Notes under the pieces: generated by a model
The model's input: only the letters and a program-made list of their open reading frames with translations
Database searches by the model: none
Told to the model about the DNA's origin: nothing
Shown: one piece after another, positions 45,700-59,850 of the stretch
How the letters are laid out: every line of letters starts with the position of its first letter
How positions within the stretch are numbered: position 1 is the stretch's first letter
Assembly (NCBI GenBank): GCA_951406725.2
Contig: OX597821.1
Span: forward strand, 94,550,001-94,614,000
DNA length: 64,000 bases
DNA from: Octopus vulgaris
Taxonomy: Eukaryota
Direction of reading: 5' to 3'
Position numbers and translations under genes: made by a program

Positions 45700-45965
45700 A
45701 TCTCTTACTTGTTTCAATTACTGGACTGTGACCACGCTGGGGAGCGACCCTGAAAATCTTAGCTGGACAAATCGACTCCAATACTTATTTTTTAAAAGTC
45801 TGGTACGTATTCTGTCCGTTTTTTTTTTTTTGCAGGCGACATAAACAAAGCAAACACCGGTTGTCAATTAGAAGGGAGCAAACATTTATATGCTTGATCA
45901 CTTCTAATTGACATACACACACGTAAATACATATATACTTACACAAATACACAGACACACGCAGA
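45700..45965 (-). mobile_element. Degenerate family B SINE 3' half
   Basis: cttacttgtttcaatta tail and acaccggttgtcaa motif. Confidence 0.65.
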
Positions 45966-45972
45966 CACACAC

Positions 45973-46016
<44 letters not shown>

Positions 46017-46027
46017 TTATATGTGAA

Positions 46028-46352
46028 GTGAAGGCGCGTGGTTTAGTGGTTAGGGGCATTCGGCTCATGATCGTAAGGTTGTGAGTTTAATTCCCGGCGG
46101 CGCGTTGTGTCCTTGAGCAAGACACTTTATTTCACGTTGCTCCAGTCTAACTCAGCTGGCAAAAATGAGTAGTACCTGTTTTTCAAAGGGCCAGCCTTGT
46201 CACACTCTGTGTCACGCTGAATCTCCCCGAGAACTATATTAAGGGTGCACGTGTTTGTAGAGTGCTCCAGCCATTTGCACGTTAATTTCACGAACAAGCT
46301 GTTCCGTTGATCGTATCAGCTGGGACCCTTGTCGTCGCAACCGACGGAGTGC
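46028..46352 (+). mobile_element. SINE with variant head and family A tail
   Basis: gtgaaggcgcgtgg head, ccttgagcaagacacttt core, then the family A 3' region. Confidence 0.85.
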
Positions 46353-46354
46353 TC

Positions 46355-46417
<63 letters not shown>

Positions 46418-46586
46418 CAAACACATGCGCACACACACACACACATATACACAGACACACACACGACTGGTTTTAACACAGCTATGCATGCGTCTTCATC
46501 AGTAAGCGAATACTCGACATTTTAAAGCACTGTGAAATAGTATGATGCTTATAATTATGTGTTTATATGTACAAACATGCATATAT

Positions 46587-46664
<78 letters not shown>

Positions 46665-46668
46665 AGAA

Positions 46669-46701
<33 letters not shown>

Positions 46702-46988
46702 CAAACATAGTTTTTAGTTTGTGTTATAAGGATCGTCCATTAACCCCACCCTATAACGTTTATCTATATTATCTCCTCCCTCAAATTGCAATAAGATGTG
46801 AGCTCGCAAGTTCTGGATATAACCTTGGACTTTACTTTTTTTTACTTTTTTACTTCTTACCATTATGGACTCTGATGAAATTTTGGGGCTCAATTTATTG
46901 TATAATTTTGTGTGCATAATTTTTGTATGAAGTGTCAACTTTGGCATACCGGACCGTCAAAGTAGAAACAGCTGTAAGAGTAGAGTTG

Positions 46989-47281
46989 TATTTATTTATT
47001 TATTTATTTAATTAATTATTTATTCATTCATTTATTTATTTCTGTGATTGGAATAAATAGATCTTGCTGATGTGTCTCAATTGAATCTCTTATCCATTTT
47101 CTTCCTGGCCTTATAAATTCTGGATAAACGTTTTTTACCGCCCACTTATATCTATTATTCATTTGTACTATTGCCTTGCAACAGTAAGCATTTGGATATA
47201 AACACACCAGTTCCTCCAAGCATATTGGATATTTATTATCCCTTAGATGGTTGTCTACAAACACTCTACACTCATATATAC

Positions 47282-47337
<56 letters not shown>

Positions 47338-47802
47338 TATTAGAGACAAAACCACTATTTTGCAAAACAAACAAGTCTACCAAATCCACTCACAAGGCAA
47401 TTGGTCGGCCCGGGGCTATAGCACAGAAGACACTTGCCCAAGATGCCACGCAGTGGGACTGAAACCCGAACCATGAGGTTGGTTAGCAAGCTACTTACCA
47501 CACAGCCACTCCTGCGCCTATTTATTTATTTATTTAATTAATTATTTATTCATTCATTTATTTATTTCTGTGATTGGAATAAATAGATCTTGCTGATGTG
47601 TCTCAATTGAATCTCTTATCCATTTTCTTCCTGGCCTTATAAATTCTGGATAAACTTTTCTTTACCGCCACTTGTATCTATTATTCATTTGTACTATTGC
47701 CTTGCAACAGTAAGCATTTGGATATAAATAGATATTCCTCCAGTAGCATATTGGATATTCATTATCCCTTAGATGGTTGTCTAACCTCTAACTCATATAT
47801 AC

Positions 47803-47808
<6 letters not shown>
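46989..47808 (+). repeat. Direct duplication of about 290 bp around a partial family B SINE (47376-47519, minus)
   Basis: 46989-47286 matches 47519-47808 with scattered differences. Confidence 0.9.
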
Positions 47809-47892
<84 letters not shown>

Positions 47893-49725
47893 TGAGATTA
47901 AGAAGACTGTTTTGAATATTTGGCACTTTATCGACACTTAGTACTATTGCGAAAAAGTTCATGATATATCGTTAGTATATGGTGCTCTTATTGCCCACTT
48001 GACTTCTTATAATGGCGTCTGAAATACCTGATTCAAAGTCGGAGATTGTTGACATTTGATTGTAGACTGAATGGCTTAAGAAAAATGATTGCATTATCAT
48101 ATGCATTACCAATATCTGCTGTGCAGTGTTTCAATCATAATATCTCTTTCTCTCTTAATATGTGTGTGTGTGTGTGACAGACAAGTATTGAGTAATATAA
48201 TCCATAATACTTAACATGAGAGCTTGTGTTCTTCCTTGTTCTCGTCAATAAGCTGCCATGTTCAATGGTGGTTTACTGAATGTAAGTAAAGTGTCTAGAA
48301 ATGTGCGCTTGCTTTTGAGTCGTGTATGTCCTAGCCACCTCTGTCGGATAGGTTCTATATATAGATATGTGTGTTGTTATCTAGCCTCGTATCGGCCACG
48401 CACGAATAGCTTTATGAACGAAGGAATTCCATCAGTGACCATCCCATCTTGTGTACAGACATCTCAGGACCACGTTTTCCAATGTATCCTTTTCTAAGAC
48501 GATAGAGTTTAGTTTGAGGGTATTTGATTGCTATTTCTTGTAGCTCGAGCGACCACTTTAGCTCCTATATCTCAATGGTTGTAATATTGGTGATATTAGC
48601 TGCTGTTTGTTTCTATTTTCATTTCTCGCTTTTACTACAATGTTTTTTACTGTGTTGATAGTGTGAATGTATATGTATTTGTATGTGTAGTAGGAATATT
48701 AACAGAGTCCCAGATAACAACTCACTATCTGGGAATCGAACCACAATCACTATTCCTGCATAATGACAATTAATCGACACTATCAGGATTTTGTTAGAGA
48801 TTAATGAAGTCAACAAACAATTGACCCGTCAAATTTCTGAGAGATATCACTGTATCCAAACGTAGCTAGCTAAACAACACGAACGAGATTCCGTCAATGG
48901 TTGATGATATCAGGAAAGAAGCGATCGCTCAAGTCTTTGGTAGAAACTATATACCATGAATATTCTGCCTTTGGCACACTTTTTCTTCCATAGACGATTT
49001 CCTATATATATAGATGTAAATGTCTGCTAACAGTCACAGCTCAGCCAAGACCAACCGCTCCATGAATTTACATCAGACCACGATGACGATGATGAGGGCG
49101 ATGATCGTGATGATGACGACAGTGGCCATGACAAAGCATAAAGCATCTAATTTCTAGAATCTACAACACTCACGGCTACTGGGCTTGTTGGGACATAACA
49201 TCTCACAAAGACTAATGAACTGATTCCCTTGACTTATGTATCTCCTTTTCTACCGTTCGCTCTCTCGGTTTCATACTCTTTATTCTGTTCCCATCAGAAG
49301 CGAAATAAATATATCACTAAATTGGTGACCCCTGTCTTAAGAAAATCCCGCAACTTCTCAGCATATTATTACACTGCGAAGAAATAAATGCTGCAGCTTT
49401 TTCTATCGTCTTCAGAACCTTTACCATTTTATTGTTACATATGTATGAATGAATAGGATTGGTCAAATTGATGCTGACATTTCTGATTAGAACCCAATAA
49501 ATTTCCGAAAAGTGTACTAGGATGGATCGATTCTGTCGACTAAGAAAAAAATATAGCTGCAGCCATAAACGGAAACAAGTAACAGAGGAAAGATAAAGGA
49601 ATACATTCAGAAATGCGGGTATGATATTATGTGTATATAATGGTATATGTATATGAAAGTATTCATATTTGCGCGTGCATGTACATATGATGTTGTGTGT
49701 ATATGATGGTATATGTATATATACT

Positions 49726-49957
49726 AAGGCGGCGAGCTGGCAGAATTGTTAGCACGCCGGGCGAAATGCTTAGCGGTATTTCGTCTGCCGTTACGTTGTG
49801 AGTTCAAATTCCGCCGAGGTCGACTTTGCCTTTCATCCTTTCGGGGTCGATAAATTAAGTACCAGTTACGCACTGGGGTCGATGTAATCGACTTAATCCC
49901 TTTGTCTGTCCTTGTTTGTCCCCTCTGTGTTTAGCCCCTTGTGGGTAATAAAGAAAT
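49726..49957 (+). mobile_element. Family C SINE with TSD
   Basis: Full length; ggtatatgtatatat on both sides. Confidence 0.92.
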
Positions 49958-50710
49958 AGGTATATGTATATATGTGATTTTGCATGTATAAATGCGCGTG
50001 TGCGATATTATGTGACGTGATATGTATATGTATATATTTGTATGTTTAAATGACGATGTTAACATTTGCATGTGTAAATGACAAACAGAGAGAAAGAGAG
50101 ATTCTTTCACTCAGTTACCTTCACACTAAACGTTACCCGCCTTTATTCAGCCCACATCTCCATACACCCTGGGTTAGGTGAATGGCCTATGTAAACCAAA
50201 AGCTCACTCATCGAAACGATAAATGTCTCGTTAGTGCGTCCAGTTCCGGGTTCAAATTTCCACTAAAGGAAAAGTTAACCTGCCAACCGCAAGCGTTCTG
50301 TCCCCAGTTGCAAGAGATGGGTCACATTTATTTGTACAAGTGTAACTCAGTATAAACACCGAACGAAAAGACTATGTTGTTCGTAAGGGATTGACTTAAT
50401 GTAATCTAAGTTAATTATTTATGCTAATTAAATATGCGAATGACTCAAATGCCAACGTACGGAAATGAGTTGGAAATGTAATGAGCCTTGTATAACATCT
50501 GATTCCTCACTCCTACTTAATACGAAATATAACCTTTCTGTTAAAGGACTTAAAGAATTCTTTGTTGTTGATGCTGTTGTTGTTACCTTCGATTACCATT
50601 GAGAAGGCTTGATTTTAGACTGCTTCTGAATTTACATTTCTTTGTGATTCAAGTGGATACTCTCTACTTAATACTTTGCTTATTATGATATTATTGTTAT
50701 AATAAAAGAA

Positions 50711-50814
<104 letters not shown>

Positions 50815-50947
50815 GGTGGTGAGCTGACAGAATAGGTAGCACATTGGACGATATGCTTAGGGACATTTCATCTGCCCTTAAGTTCTCAGCTCAAATCCCT
50901 TGAAACTGCTGACCTTGTCCCATGATTTGAAACTGTTGTTGTTTTTG

Positions 50948-51033
<86 letters not shown>

Positions 51034-52539
51034 TATTATTACTTTGGTGCGGTTGTTGTTGTTATTATTGTGCGTGTGAACATTGTTTTTCCCTCTAGTT
51101 TTGGGAGTGGAACGAATTGTTTTATTTAGTTTGTATTTGTTTTTTTTTCTTCTTTTGCCTGCTTCTTTGAGCAGACAAAAAAATAGGGATAATTGGTAGT
51201 GATAGTTGGAGTACGATCCGAAAATACAAGCAGTGGCTCAGCTCACGTGGAAGAACCTTTTTTACAAAAAAAAAAAAAAAATACTTATTGAAAATAAAAT
51301 CCGAATTCCTCCTACCAAAAGCGATAAAAAAAAAAGAAACGTCCATAGATGTCCAATGCTTATAATCCAACTATTATTAAGAGCTTCACCCAACCGGTCA
51401 TGCCGATTTGCATTTACAGCGCATTTTCTTTTGGCAATTGGCTCGGTTTCAAATGTTGATTCAAGACAAGCATGTTCGGGGGACGGTTTAACTGGTTACA
51501 GCAACTGCAGTACTCAACTGGTACTTAGTTTATCGACCCCGAAAGAATGAGTGGCAAAGTCGACCTCGGCAGTCTTTGAACTCAGTCACCAGACTGCACC
51601 AGCATGGCCGCAGACTAATGTCTAAAACAAGTAAAAAGAAAAATGATACTATATATATGTATATATACATATATATGAGTGTATGTGAGTGTATCTATGT
51701 GTGAGTGTGAGTATGTGTGTGTGTGTGTGTATAAAAACGCATATATTTATTAGTATATATATATGGTATATTGAGGACATAAAAATGCCTTGCCATTTTA
51801 TTCATGTTTTTAGTACTAACTAGTTTCTCATATTTCGTTATTAGTCCTTAACATTTAGTTTGGAATGTCTTAAAAGATAAGAAAACGAAGAATCTTATTG
51901 TTCCATAGCAAACTCAGCAAGGTCAAAATAAAACCTGTCAGAGGACGGAAGAACTCTCGCCGAGAATCCGACGACCAATGATACGTGGAATAGAGATAGG
52001 CGCCACGAGGCTATATCCTTACTGAAACACAGCGTGGGGGCCCCAGCGAAGCGAGAGTCTGTCTCTTGCCGAGCACCTACGTCCTCCCTATGCCATGGAT
52101 TTTGATCGAATACATACATACTTTTGTATTTACGTAACTAATTTGCTAATTAAGTAATTAGTATATGGCGACAGCCTGCTATTTTTATAATCTTTAACGG
52201 TATGTTTTTCTCTTCTATTTCTTTACAGCTAACATTTACTGCTAATAAGAGTCGCTATGCGGTCTTTTGTCTTACAAGAAATAGCAACCAAATAAACCTT
52301 AAGTTACATCCTTGCATCTCGGAAAAAGGAACGAACTGCATATTAAATAATGTAGTTCTATTTACGCTTCAAGCAAATTGGATTGCCAGGGTTGGCGTTT
52401 TTGTTCATATGTTAACTGCATCGGAGCTTAACTTGGCCCTAAACAACAACGACAACAACGAAGACAACAACAATAACAATAAAAACAACGACGATGACTA
52501 CGACAGTAACAACAACAGCAACCTTTAGATATATATTTT

Positions 52540-52913
52540 TATCTTTTACTTGTTTGTCATTAGACTGTGACCATGCTGGAGCACCGCTTTGAAAAATTTT
52601 ACTCGATCGAATCGACTTTTTTTGAAGCCTGGTATTTATTCTATCCTTTTTTTTGTGTGTGTTTTGCTCATTTTTTTGTGGGGGGTGTTTTTGTTTTTGT
52701 GCTGAACTGCTACGTGACGAGGATGTAAATTCAACCAACACCAGTTCTCAAGCGGTAATGGGGGACAAACACAGACACAAAACCACACACGCGTACACAC
52801 ACATACACACACACATATATATATGTACATTTATATGACCGGCTTCTTACAGTTCCCATCTTCCAAATCCACTCACAAGGCTTTGGGAGGCTGGAGGCTA
52901 TAGCAGAAGACAC
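52540..52913 (-). mobile_element. Degenerate family B SINE
   Basis: ccatgctggagcaccgc and caaatccactcacaaggctttgg motifs. Confidence 0.8.
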
Positions 52914-53092
52914 TCCACTGAAGTATTGGGGTTGATAAAAAAAAACGAATGAACAAAAACATAGAAGCTATACCTGGGCCTTCAACACTAAACACTGTCC
53001 AAAAAAAATAACCCTGCGAAAGATACTATCAATTCAAAAGTACAACCCAAATAAAACAACCCACAAACACAAGACGCATTCTGTACAGTAAA

Positions 53093-53387
53093 TCTTTATA
53101 TATAAAAGTCAAGTTGTGTGTCTGTCTCCTACGATTTAGATTCCTAACTACTCCCACATTTTGCGGTGCAGTTTAACCAAAAGCGGGTATCTTATAGTCG
53201 TGCTTCATATCGAGCCCTTCTGGGTATTAGCGCGCGTCCACAATGAGTCTACGATTTAAAAAAAAATTTACCATCATTTTTTTTCCATTTTTAATGCATT
53301 TTTTCTATTTTTTTGCTATAACTCTCTAAAAATGCTTATATAGTTATTTCCCTTACAAACCCGAGCAACGCCGGGCGATACTGCTAG
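53093..53387 (+). mobile_element. Non-autonomous Helitron-type element
   Basis: a|TC start, sub-terminal hairpin cccgagcaacgccggg, CTAG|t end, no TSD. Confidence 0.82.
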
Positions 53388-53642
53388 TATCCAATAAAAT
53401 AAACGATCCCACTGGTTGGAAAACTCAACTCGCATTACACACATAACACACTATACAAACACTAATACAACAAAAGACTCAAGCCAAACCTCATAACAAA
53501 ATGGACTGATGCAATATAATAAGAATTTGTACTCCCTCAACAACATTTTTTTTTTATGAACACATAATGCTGCACACACCTCGGCAACAAGGAACTGTAG
53601 CAGCTGATGCAGTAGAAATTCACCTGAAACTATCAACTGTCG

Positions 53643-53980
53643 AGATGCAGTACCAGCAGTGGCCCTGGTGGCTTCTGATCTTAACTGATTGGAAGTGCTT
53701 TGCCTTGGCGTAAAAGACAAGCTGCAGCAAATGTTCTGCTCAATACCACAAATTTGTTTATCACTTGCTTGACTTTCATGAGTTGAGCATGTCTCTTGGT
53801 GGCTGATGATATGTACAACTCTGATCACGAACGGGAGTAGTGGGGGAGCATCATAGCCATGTGTGGAGAGAGATTCTTTGGGATTTTAATTATTCCCCTC
53901 TAGAAACATCATCCTCAAACAAACCTTTTGCAAAAACCTTTTGCGTGGAATGGGCTGCTTCACCTGAAGAAAATTCTCAC
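53643..53980. mobile_element. Degenerate copy of the 56966-57521 element
   Basis: gatgcagtaccagcagtggc...ggcttctgatcttaactgattggaagtg and later shared blocks. Confidence 0.8.
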
Positions 53981-54169
53981 GATTGCCCCAGTCAACTGCC
54001 GGTTAACTAATTCACTAATCTGGTCCCTGTAGTCTTTGCGTCCCGGGTCCCTGTCTACAGACCCTATCTAAATCGACTTCTGCAGATCACAAATTCGTGG
54101 TCTCTGTAGCCGATCAATTTGGATTGTAGAGTAATCAGAAGGCACCAAGGGGAATATAAAGGAAATCGG

Positions 54170-54325
54170 AATAGAGTGTCCAGTAAGGGTTGTTACAAAA
54201 CGTTTGCCTCCTTGGCACGGCCAGAATAATCAAGAAAGTACTAGGTAGTTGAAAATAACATATAGCATAGTACAGTAAGCTGCAGGTAGCAAGCCGACAA
54301 CGCATGCAAGACTCCTGAATTAAAT
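54170..54325 (+). mobile_element. R4/Dong-type 3' end fragment followed by (TAA)n
   Basis: Encodes CLLGTARIIKKVL; similar to 55750-55880. Confidence 0.7.
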
Positions 54326-54380
54326 AATAATGATAATAGTAATGATAATAGTAATAATAATAATAATGATAATAATAATG

Positions 54381-54441
<61 letters not shown>

Positions 54442-54447
54442 TAATAA

Positions 54448-54745
<298 letters not shown>

Positions 54746-54749
54746 GCTG

Positions 54750-54812
<63 letters not shown>

Positions 54813-54839
54813 ATAATAATAATAATAATAATAATTCAC

Positions 54840-55890
54840 AAAAAGTTATTCACAAAAAGTTAGGCAGAACTGGACTGCGTAGTCCAGTCTGTGCGGAGTT
54901 TCTCCGGTGATATTAAGATGGGGCTTAGACTCTTAAAATGTGCTACGATGGTAATGAGATGAGGAAAGCTTGTCAGGACAGTAGGTATAGGTTTGCCAAG
55001 TGATGAGCTGATGAAGGCAATTCGACCTCAATCCAGTTATAAATACCTGGTAATACTTGAGATAGATGGAATTAAACTCAATGACATGAAGGAAAAGGCA
55101 AAAAGCGAGTACCTGTGGTCAGTGAGAAAAATACTTATTTCTTTATTACCCACAAGGGGCTAAACATAGAGGGGACGAACAAGGACAGACAAAAGGATTA
55201 AGTCGATTACATCGACCCCAGAGCTCAACTGGTACTTAATTTATCGACCCCGAAAGGATGAAAGGCAAAGTCGACCTCGGCGGAATTTGAACTCAGAACG
55301 TAACGGCAGACAAAATACGGCTACGCATTTCGCCCGGCGTGCTAACGTTTCTGCCAGCTCGCCGCCTTCAGTGAGAAAAATACTGGTTTCAAAGTTGAAT
55401 GCCAGAAACATAATTTTGGTAATAAACTCTCGTGCGTGCAGTCGCAGTAGTTCGGTATGGCGTTGGAATCCTAAAGTGAACAGAGGAGGAGCTAAAGGAG
55501 ATGGATAGGAAATCAAGAAAGCTTCTAACGATGCATGGAGCCCATCATCCACGTGCAGACACTGATCGCCAAAACATGAAGCGAGCAAATACAGGAAGAG
55601 GATTTATTAGTGTAGAAGACTGTGTACGTATCGAACTCGAGAGCTTAACGAGATACCTAGCCCAAAGTAAGGAAACCTTGCTAGTGACAGTTAGGAACGA
55701 GGGAGAGTATTGAAAGCAGAGAAAAAAGGAACACGAAGGAAGAAGTTCAAAATGTGTTTGCCTTCTTGGCATGGCCAGAATAATCAAGAAAGTATCAGAT
55801 AGCTGAAAAGAACAGATAGCATGGTAAGGTAGGCTGCAGGCAGCAAGCCCGATACGCAGGCAAGACTCCAGGAGTTCCAAGAAAACCTGT
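54840..55890 (+). mobile_element. Decayed R4/Dong-type retrotransposon fragment (post-RT region plus 3' end)
   Basis: MDRKSRKLLTMHGAHHPRADTDR...GRGFISVEDC, then CLLGMARIIKKV; (TAA)n on both sides. Confidence 0.8.
55136..55367 (-). mobile_element. Family C SINE nested in the LINE fragment, 17-bp TSD
   Basis: tcagtgagaaaaatact on both sides. Confidence 0.92.
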
Positions 55891-55919
55891 AATAAAAATA
55901 AATAATAATAATAATAATG

Positions 55920-55979
<60 letters not shown>

Positions 55980-55981
<2 letters not shown>

Positions 55982-56370
55982 TTCTACTGGAAGCTCAAAG
56001 CCTCAAATTTGGGGGAAGGAATTAAATCGATTACATCGGCCCCAGTGCTTAACTGGTACTTATTTAATCGACCTCGAAAGGATGAAAGGCAAAGCCGACC
56101 TCAGTGGAATTTGAATTCCGAACGTAGAGGCAGACGAAATACCTATTTCTTTACTACCCACAAGGGGCTAAACACAGAGGAGACAAACAAGGACAGACAG
56201 ACGGATTAAGTCGATTACATCGACCCCAGTGCATAACTGAAACTTAATTTATCGACCCCGAAAGGATGAAAGGCAAAGTCGACCTCGGCGGTATTTAAAC
56301 TCAGAACGTAACGGCAGACGAAATACAGATACGCTTTTCGCCCGGAGTGCTAACGTTTCTGCCAGCTCAC
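55980..56370 (-). mobile_element. Family C SINE dimer (tail 1 unit plus tail 2 unit)
   Basis: Two cores with junction gacgaaatacc|tatttcttt. Confidence 0.88.
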
Positions 56371-56788
56371 CTCAACCATTCTGCCAACTGACAACTTTTA
56401 TGAGAAAGCGGGAAATCTGTTAAAAGACTTTAGGGCAGAAAACCATACATTTCGTGTATTTAACAGGATAATGATATAACCATATATGCAATGCAGACAA
56501 GAGAAGAAAAAAAAAATGAAATGTGCAGTTATACACGTGTAACATATGGGTGCATCAGCAAATTAACGATGACATGTGACAAAGAGCGCACGGGATAGGT
56601 CGAACATAGTGCAAAGCAGCGTGGGTTAGTAGTGAGAAAGCGAATCAGACATGGAGATAGTTTCACGGGGCAGTTGGGTGGTAAGGGAGCTTGTGAAGTA
56701 GGATTAGAAGTGAAAGAAATTCGTGAGAACTTAAGGCTTAAAACAAAAATAACGCGTTTATTATATTTGTAAAAAAAAAATAATAATG

Positions 56789-56829
<41 letters not shown>

Positions 56830-56834
56830 TAATG

Positions 56835-56869
<35 letters not shown>

Positions 56870-56889
56870 TAATAATGATAATAATAATT

Positions 56890-56920
<31 letters not shown>

Positions 56921-56965
56921 TAATAATAATTATAATAATAATTATAATAATAATAATAATAATAA

Positions 56966-57521
56966 ATGCCCTGATGCAGTACCAGGCAGTGGCTCTCATG
57001 GCTTCTGATCTTAACTGATTGGAAGTGTTATCATGTACATTGTTTTGTCTTGGTATAAAAGATGGGCTACAGCAAATATTTTGCTCAATACCACAGATTT
57101 GCTTGTCAGTTGTTTGACCTTAACCAGTTGAGCATGTCCCTTAGTGGCTGACAATATGTGCATCTCTGATCACGAGCAGAAGTAGTGGGGGAGCATCATA
57201 GCCATGTGTTGAGAGGGATTCTTTGGGGTTTGAATAATTCACCTCTGGAAACATGGGTGTTTCGTTCAACATCCTTAAACAACCCTTATTCAGGGACCTT
57301 TCGAGTGGGATGGGTTACTCGACCTGAAGAAAATTCTAACTGGGCTCCACCTGCAAGGTCATGTGCTGTTTATTTTGATATGAGATCACCATGTCACGCA
57401 CATATGGTTGTGATGCATGTGCCTAGTGTACCCTTATCAGACGGGTAGTCATGATGGGTATACTGGGCTTCGTATATTTTACCCCAGTGTCACTTTGAGG
57501 GCATGCACTGCTCTCTCACTC
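56966..57521. mobile_element. Non-coding interspersed element of about 556 bp embedded in (TAA)n
   Basis: Sharp boundaries with TAA tracts; second copy at 53643; no TIRs, TSD or tRNA head seen. Confidence 0.7.
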
Positions 57522-57557
<36 letters not shown>

Positions 57558-57559
57558 CG

Positions 57560-57769
57560 TTTCCAATTTTGACACAAAGCCAACCAGCTCGGTGGAGGAG
57601 TAAGTCGATTACATTGACTCTAGTGCACAACTGGTAATTATTTCATCAACCCCAAAAGGATGGAAGCCAAAGTCAACCTCGGCGGAATTTGAACTCAGAA
57701 CGTAGAGACGGACGAAATGCTGCTAAGCATTTTGCCCGGCCCGATAACGATTCTGCCAACTGGCCGCCC

Positions 57770-57770
<1 letters not shown>
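57560..57770 (-). mobile_element. Family C SINE, diverged
   Basis: Core and head match between TAA tracts. Confidence 0.82.
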
Positions 57771-57834
<64 letters not shown>

Positions 57835-58232
57835 CATAGCAACAGATGTAATAGCACAGGTATCAAAATTGCCGAAAAGAGACAGGACCAGACGGTATTC
57901 AAAGTTGCTGGCTCAAGTAGTTTAGGTCAACATACAAGCGAATTGCGTGGCAATTGAACAATTACCTACAGAGTGATGCAGTTCCGGAATGTATTGTAGA
58001 GAGAAAGACAACATCGTTTTCGAAAGATCGTTCAAAGGGCAATGAGGTTGACAATTACCGACCCATTGCTTGTGGAAAGTGTGTGTTAACAGACATCCTT
58101 GCAGGGAAAATGATTTTTAAATTTCTTACGACATATCGCCGCACTCATAGATTTTGGAAATACTCGACATGTGTGGAATAGCTAAGAACGTGTGTGCACT
58201 GATTAAGTACCTTGGGATTCTGAAGCTGGACA
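57835..58232 (+). mobile_element. R4/Dong-type RT fragments
   Basis: GPDGIQSCWLK, DNYRPIAC and YLGILKLD motifs; follows (TAA)n. Confidence 0.65.
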
Positions 58233-58233
58233 A

Positions 58234-58404
58234 TAGTTCACTGTGTGTATGACAAAGGCATCGTTATGTTTCGGTTTAGTGGGGTTTTGGGATCTTCGAA
58301 AATGGTGGGTGTACAAGCAAATCTGATCCTCAAATCAGGTCTGGCTCAAATACCCTGCGATGGAGTGTAATCTTTTGAATGTATTTAAGGGCTAAGTAGT
58401 GATG
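58234..58404. repeat. Unclassified 170-bp interspersed repeat, copy 1
   Basis: Matches 63815-63984. Confidence 0.85.
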
Positions 58405-58463
58405 GTGGTCATTAATGAGAGACGGAGGCCTCAAAGGAGAAATAGTTGAGCGGTATGATGATA

Positions 58464-58500
<37 letters not shown>

Positions 58501-58656
58501 CTTATATTTTCCAAAGGAACATCAGATGAGAGGGATGTTACAAAGACGGTTTACAATATGAGTAGATGTTTACGTAAAAGATGAGGGTAAAAAAAAATAC
58601 AATGTAGAAATGAGATAAAAGTATGCTCAGTATACAAAATATATAAACACATCGAT

Positions 58657-59042
58657 GGGAAGCACTCCGTCGGTTACGACGACGAGGGTTCCGGTTGATC
58701 CGAATCAACGGAACAGCCTGCTCGTGAAATTAACGTGTAAGTGGCTGAACACTCCACAGACACGTGTACCCTTAACGTAGTTCTCGGGGATATTCAGCGT
58801 GACACAGAGTGTGACAAGGCCGGCCCTTTGAAATACAGGTACAACAGAAACAGAAAGTAAGAGTGAGAGAAAGTTGTGGTGAAAGAGTACAGCAGGGATC
58901 ACCACCATCCCCTGCCGGAGCCTCGTGGAGCTTTTAGGTGTTTTCGCTCAATAAACACTCACAACCCCTGGTCTGGGAATCGAAACCGCGATCCTATGAC
59001 CGCGAGTCCGCTGCCCTAACAACTGGGCCATTGCGCCTCCAC
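58657..59042 (-). mobile_element. Family A SINE with 12-bp TSD
   Basis: TSD aaacacatcgat at 58645-58656 and 59043-59054. Confidence 0.92.
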
Positions 59043-59099
59043 AAACACATCGATAATGTAGTCCTGACACAAGAGAGCCTCCAACTAGAGCCAGTCAAA

Positions 59100-59850
59100 G
59101 AAACCCACAAAGCCAGAATCATCCTGATCACTAAACGCTCAAACCCTTGTCCAACTCTTGTTCTCCAATCTACAAACGCAAGTTTAGAAGAGGTCCATTC
59201 AACCTAACCATTTTTACCACATTCACCCACCTTTTGACAAATATACTGGGACTGAGCACTTCCTTCTCCATCCTCACTTTTACTTCTTAATAGAACTTAA
59301 AGTGATTATGTTTTAGTCGAAGAGGTGGGGTTTGATCCTCAATTCTTCCAACCTCGTCCACCAGACAACCTCTGTCACCGTAGCCAATAGACAGGAACAA
59401 CACTTGCCCTGCGTTACTGAAGGTGGTAGTGGGATGACGCCCGCGGTGAACTCAGAAGTCAGTTGGATTTGTCCTACACGCGAAACAAACTGTTCTATAT
59501 AACTCCACAAGTCAGTAACGCTCGGATACTGCGCGAGCGCATGCATTACGCCCTGTACGATCCCGGGCAGCCCCACCTAGTGACACTTTTGTGTTTATCT
59601 CGAATCTGCAGTGTCCCATGGTAACAGTGCCTATGGTAGAGCCGGTTAGGAAATCCTCAGAAACAGACCAACTAGTTCGTTTCCCTGAAAACCTCTTCGC
59701 TCTTATCTAAAGCTGAAAATCTCTTCGCTCTTATATAGAGACAAGGACTCTATATGCATAAAGATTTCACCGACTGCATTGCCCGATCAATAGAGAGTTG
59801 GTGCAGACGCTGCGGTCGGTGAAGTTGGTGCGATCGGTGGAACCTCTATG
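59100..59850 (-). mobile_element. L1/Tx1-type non-LTR retrotransposon 3' remnant
   Basis: YHGTLQIRDK and HALAQYPSVTDLWSYIE resemble the C-terminal zinc-binding region (H.L..CP...LW) of L1/Tx1 ORF2. Confidence 0.55.
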
